Of a stretch of 64,000 bases of DNA, positions 63,820-64,000 are shown one piece after another. The stretch is from Nemertoderma westbladi. Taxonomy: Eukaryota > Animalia > Xenacoelomorpha. The position numbers and the translations under genes are program-made. Every line of letters starts with the position of its first letter. Position 1 is the first letter of the stretch. The notes under the pieces were generated by a model. The model was given only the letters and a program-made list of their open reading frames with translations, was not told where the DNA came from and searched no databases. The stretch is from contig JAUCBJ010007768.1 in NCBI GenBank assembly GCA_032718475.1, forward strand, positions 29,104 to 93,103. The letters are read 5' to 3'.

Positions 63820-64000
63820 ATTTGTTTTAAATGTTTGTTTAAAATAATTATTTTATTTAAATTTGAAAAAAAAAATTTCGCTTACATTTTTTTTTTTAAT
63901 ATTTCTTTAACCACATTAATAGTTTCAAAGTGTTAAAAGTTGTATAAAAAGCCGAACAACATTGAGCTGCCTAACTATATAGTAAGAATTGCTATGATAT

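Overview
Repeat-rich animal genomic DNA, probably from a marine invertebrate (spliceosomal introns, F-type lectin, Deu/Nin-type SINE); not prokaryotic, and no CRISPR or rRNA. A minus-strand host gene for a secreted F-type lectin (4 coding exons read by eye: 25189-25202, 24714-24790, 4709-4816, 698-969) has a ~20 kb intron filled with insertions. These are: a 9 kb RTEX-like LINE whose ORF1 carries a Ulp1/SENP-type protease; an RTE LINE with a 123-bp target-site duplication, itself interrupted by a tRNA-head + hammerhead-ribozyme element; an 18-bp satellite; and a MITE. Further right lie a decayed intronless coiled-coil ORF running into a 28-bp hairpin minisatellite, and an 11.8 kb non-autonomous BEL/Pao LTR element inserted in a 29-bp satellite. 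The right-hand part also holds a second host exon, a SINE, RTE and CRE fragments, and MITEs. The most notable observations are three. (1) The BEL/Pao element has no tRNA primer-binding site; the 16 nt after its 5' LTR are the exact reverse complement of a segment of its own LTR, suggesting self-priming. (2) The LINE's 5'-UTR 65-bp repeat matches the host DNA directly beside its insertion site (26/28 nt). (3) The hammerhead element looks like a reverse-transcribed circular RNA (411-bp monomer plus ~50-bp terminal redundancy). All coordinates and counts were read by eye, and no database searches were run.
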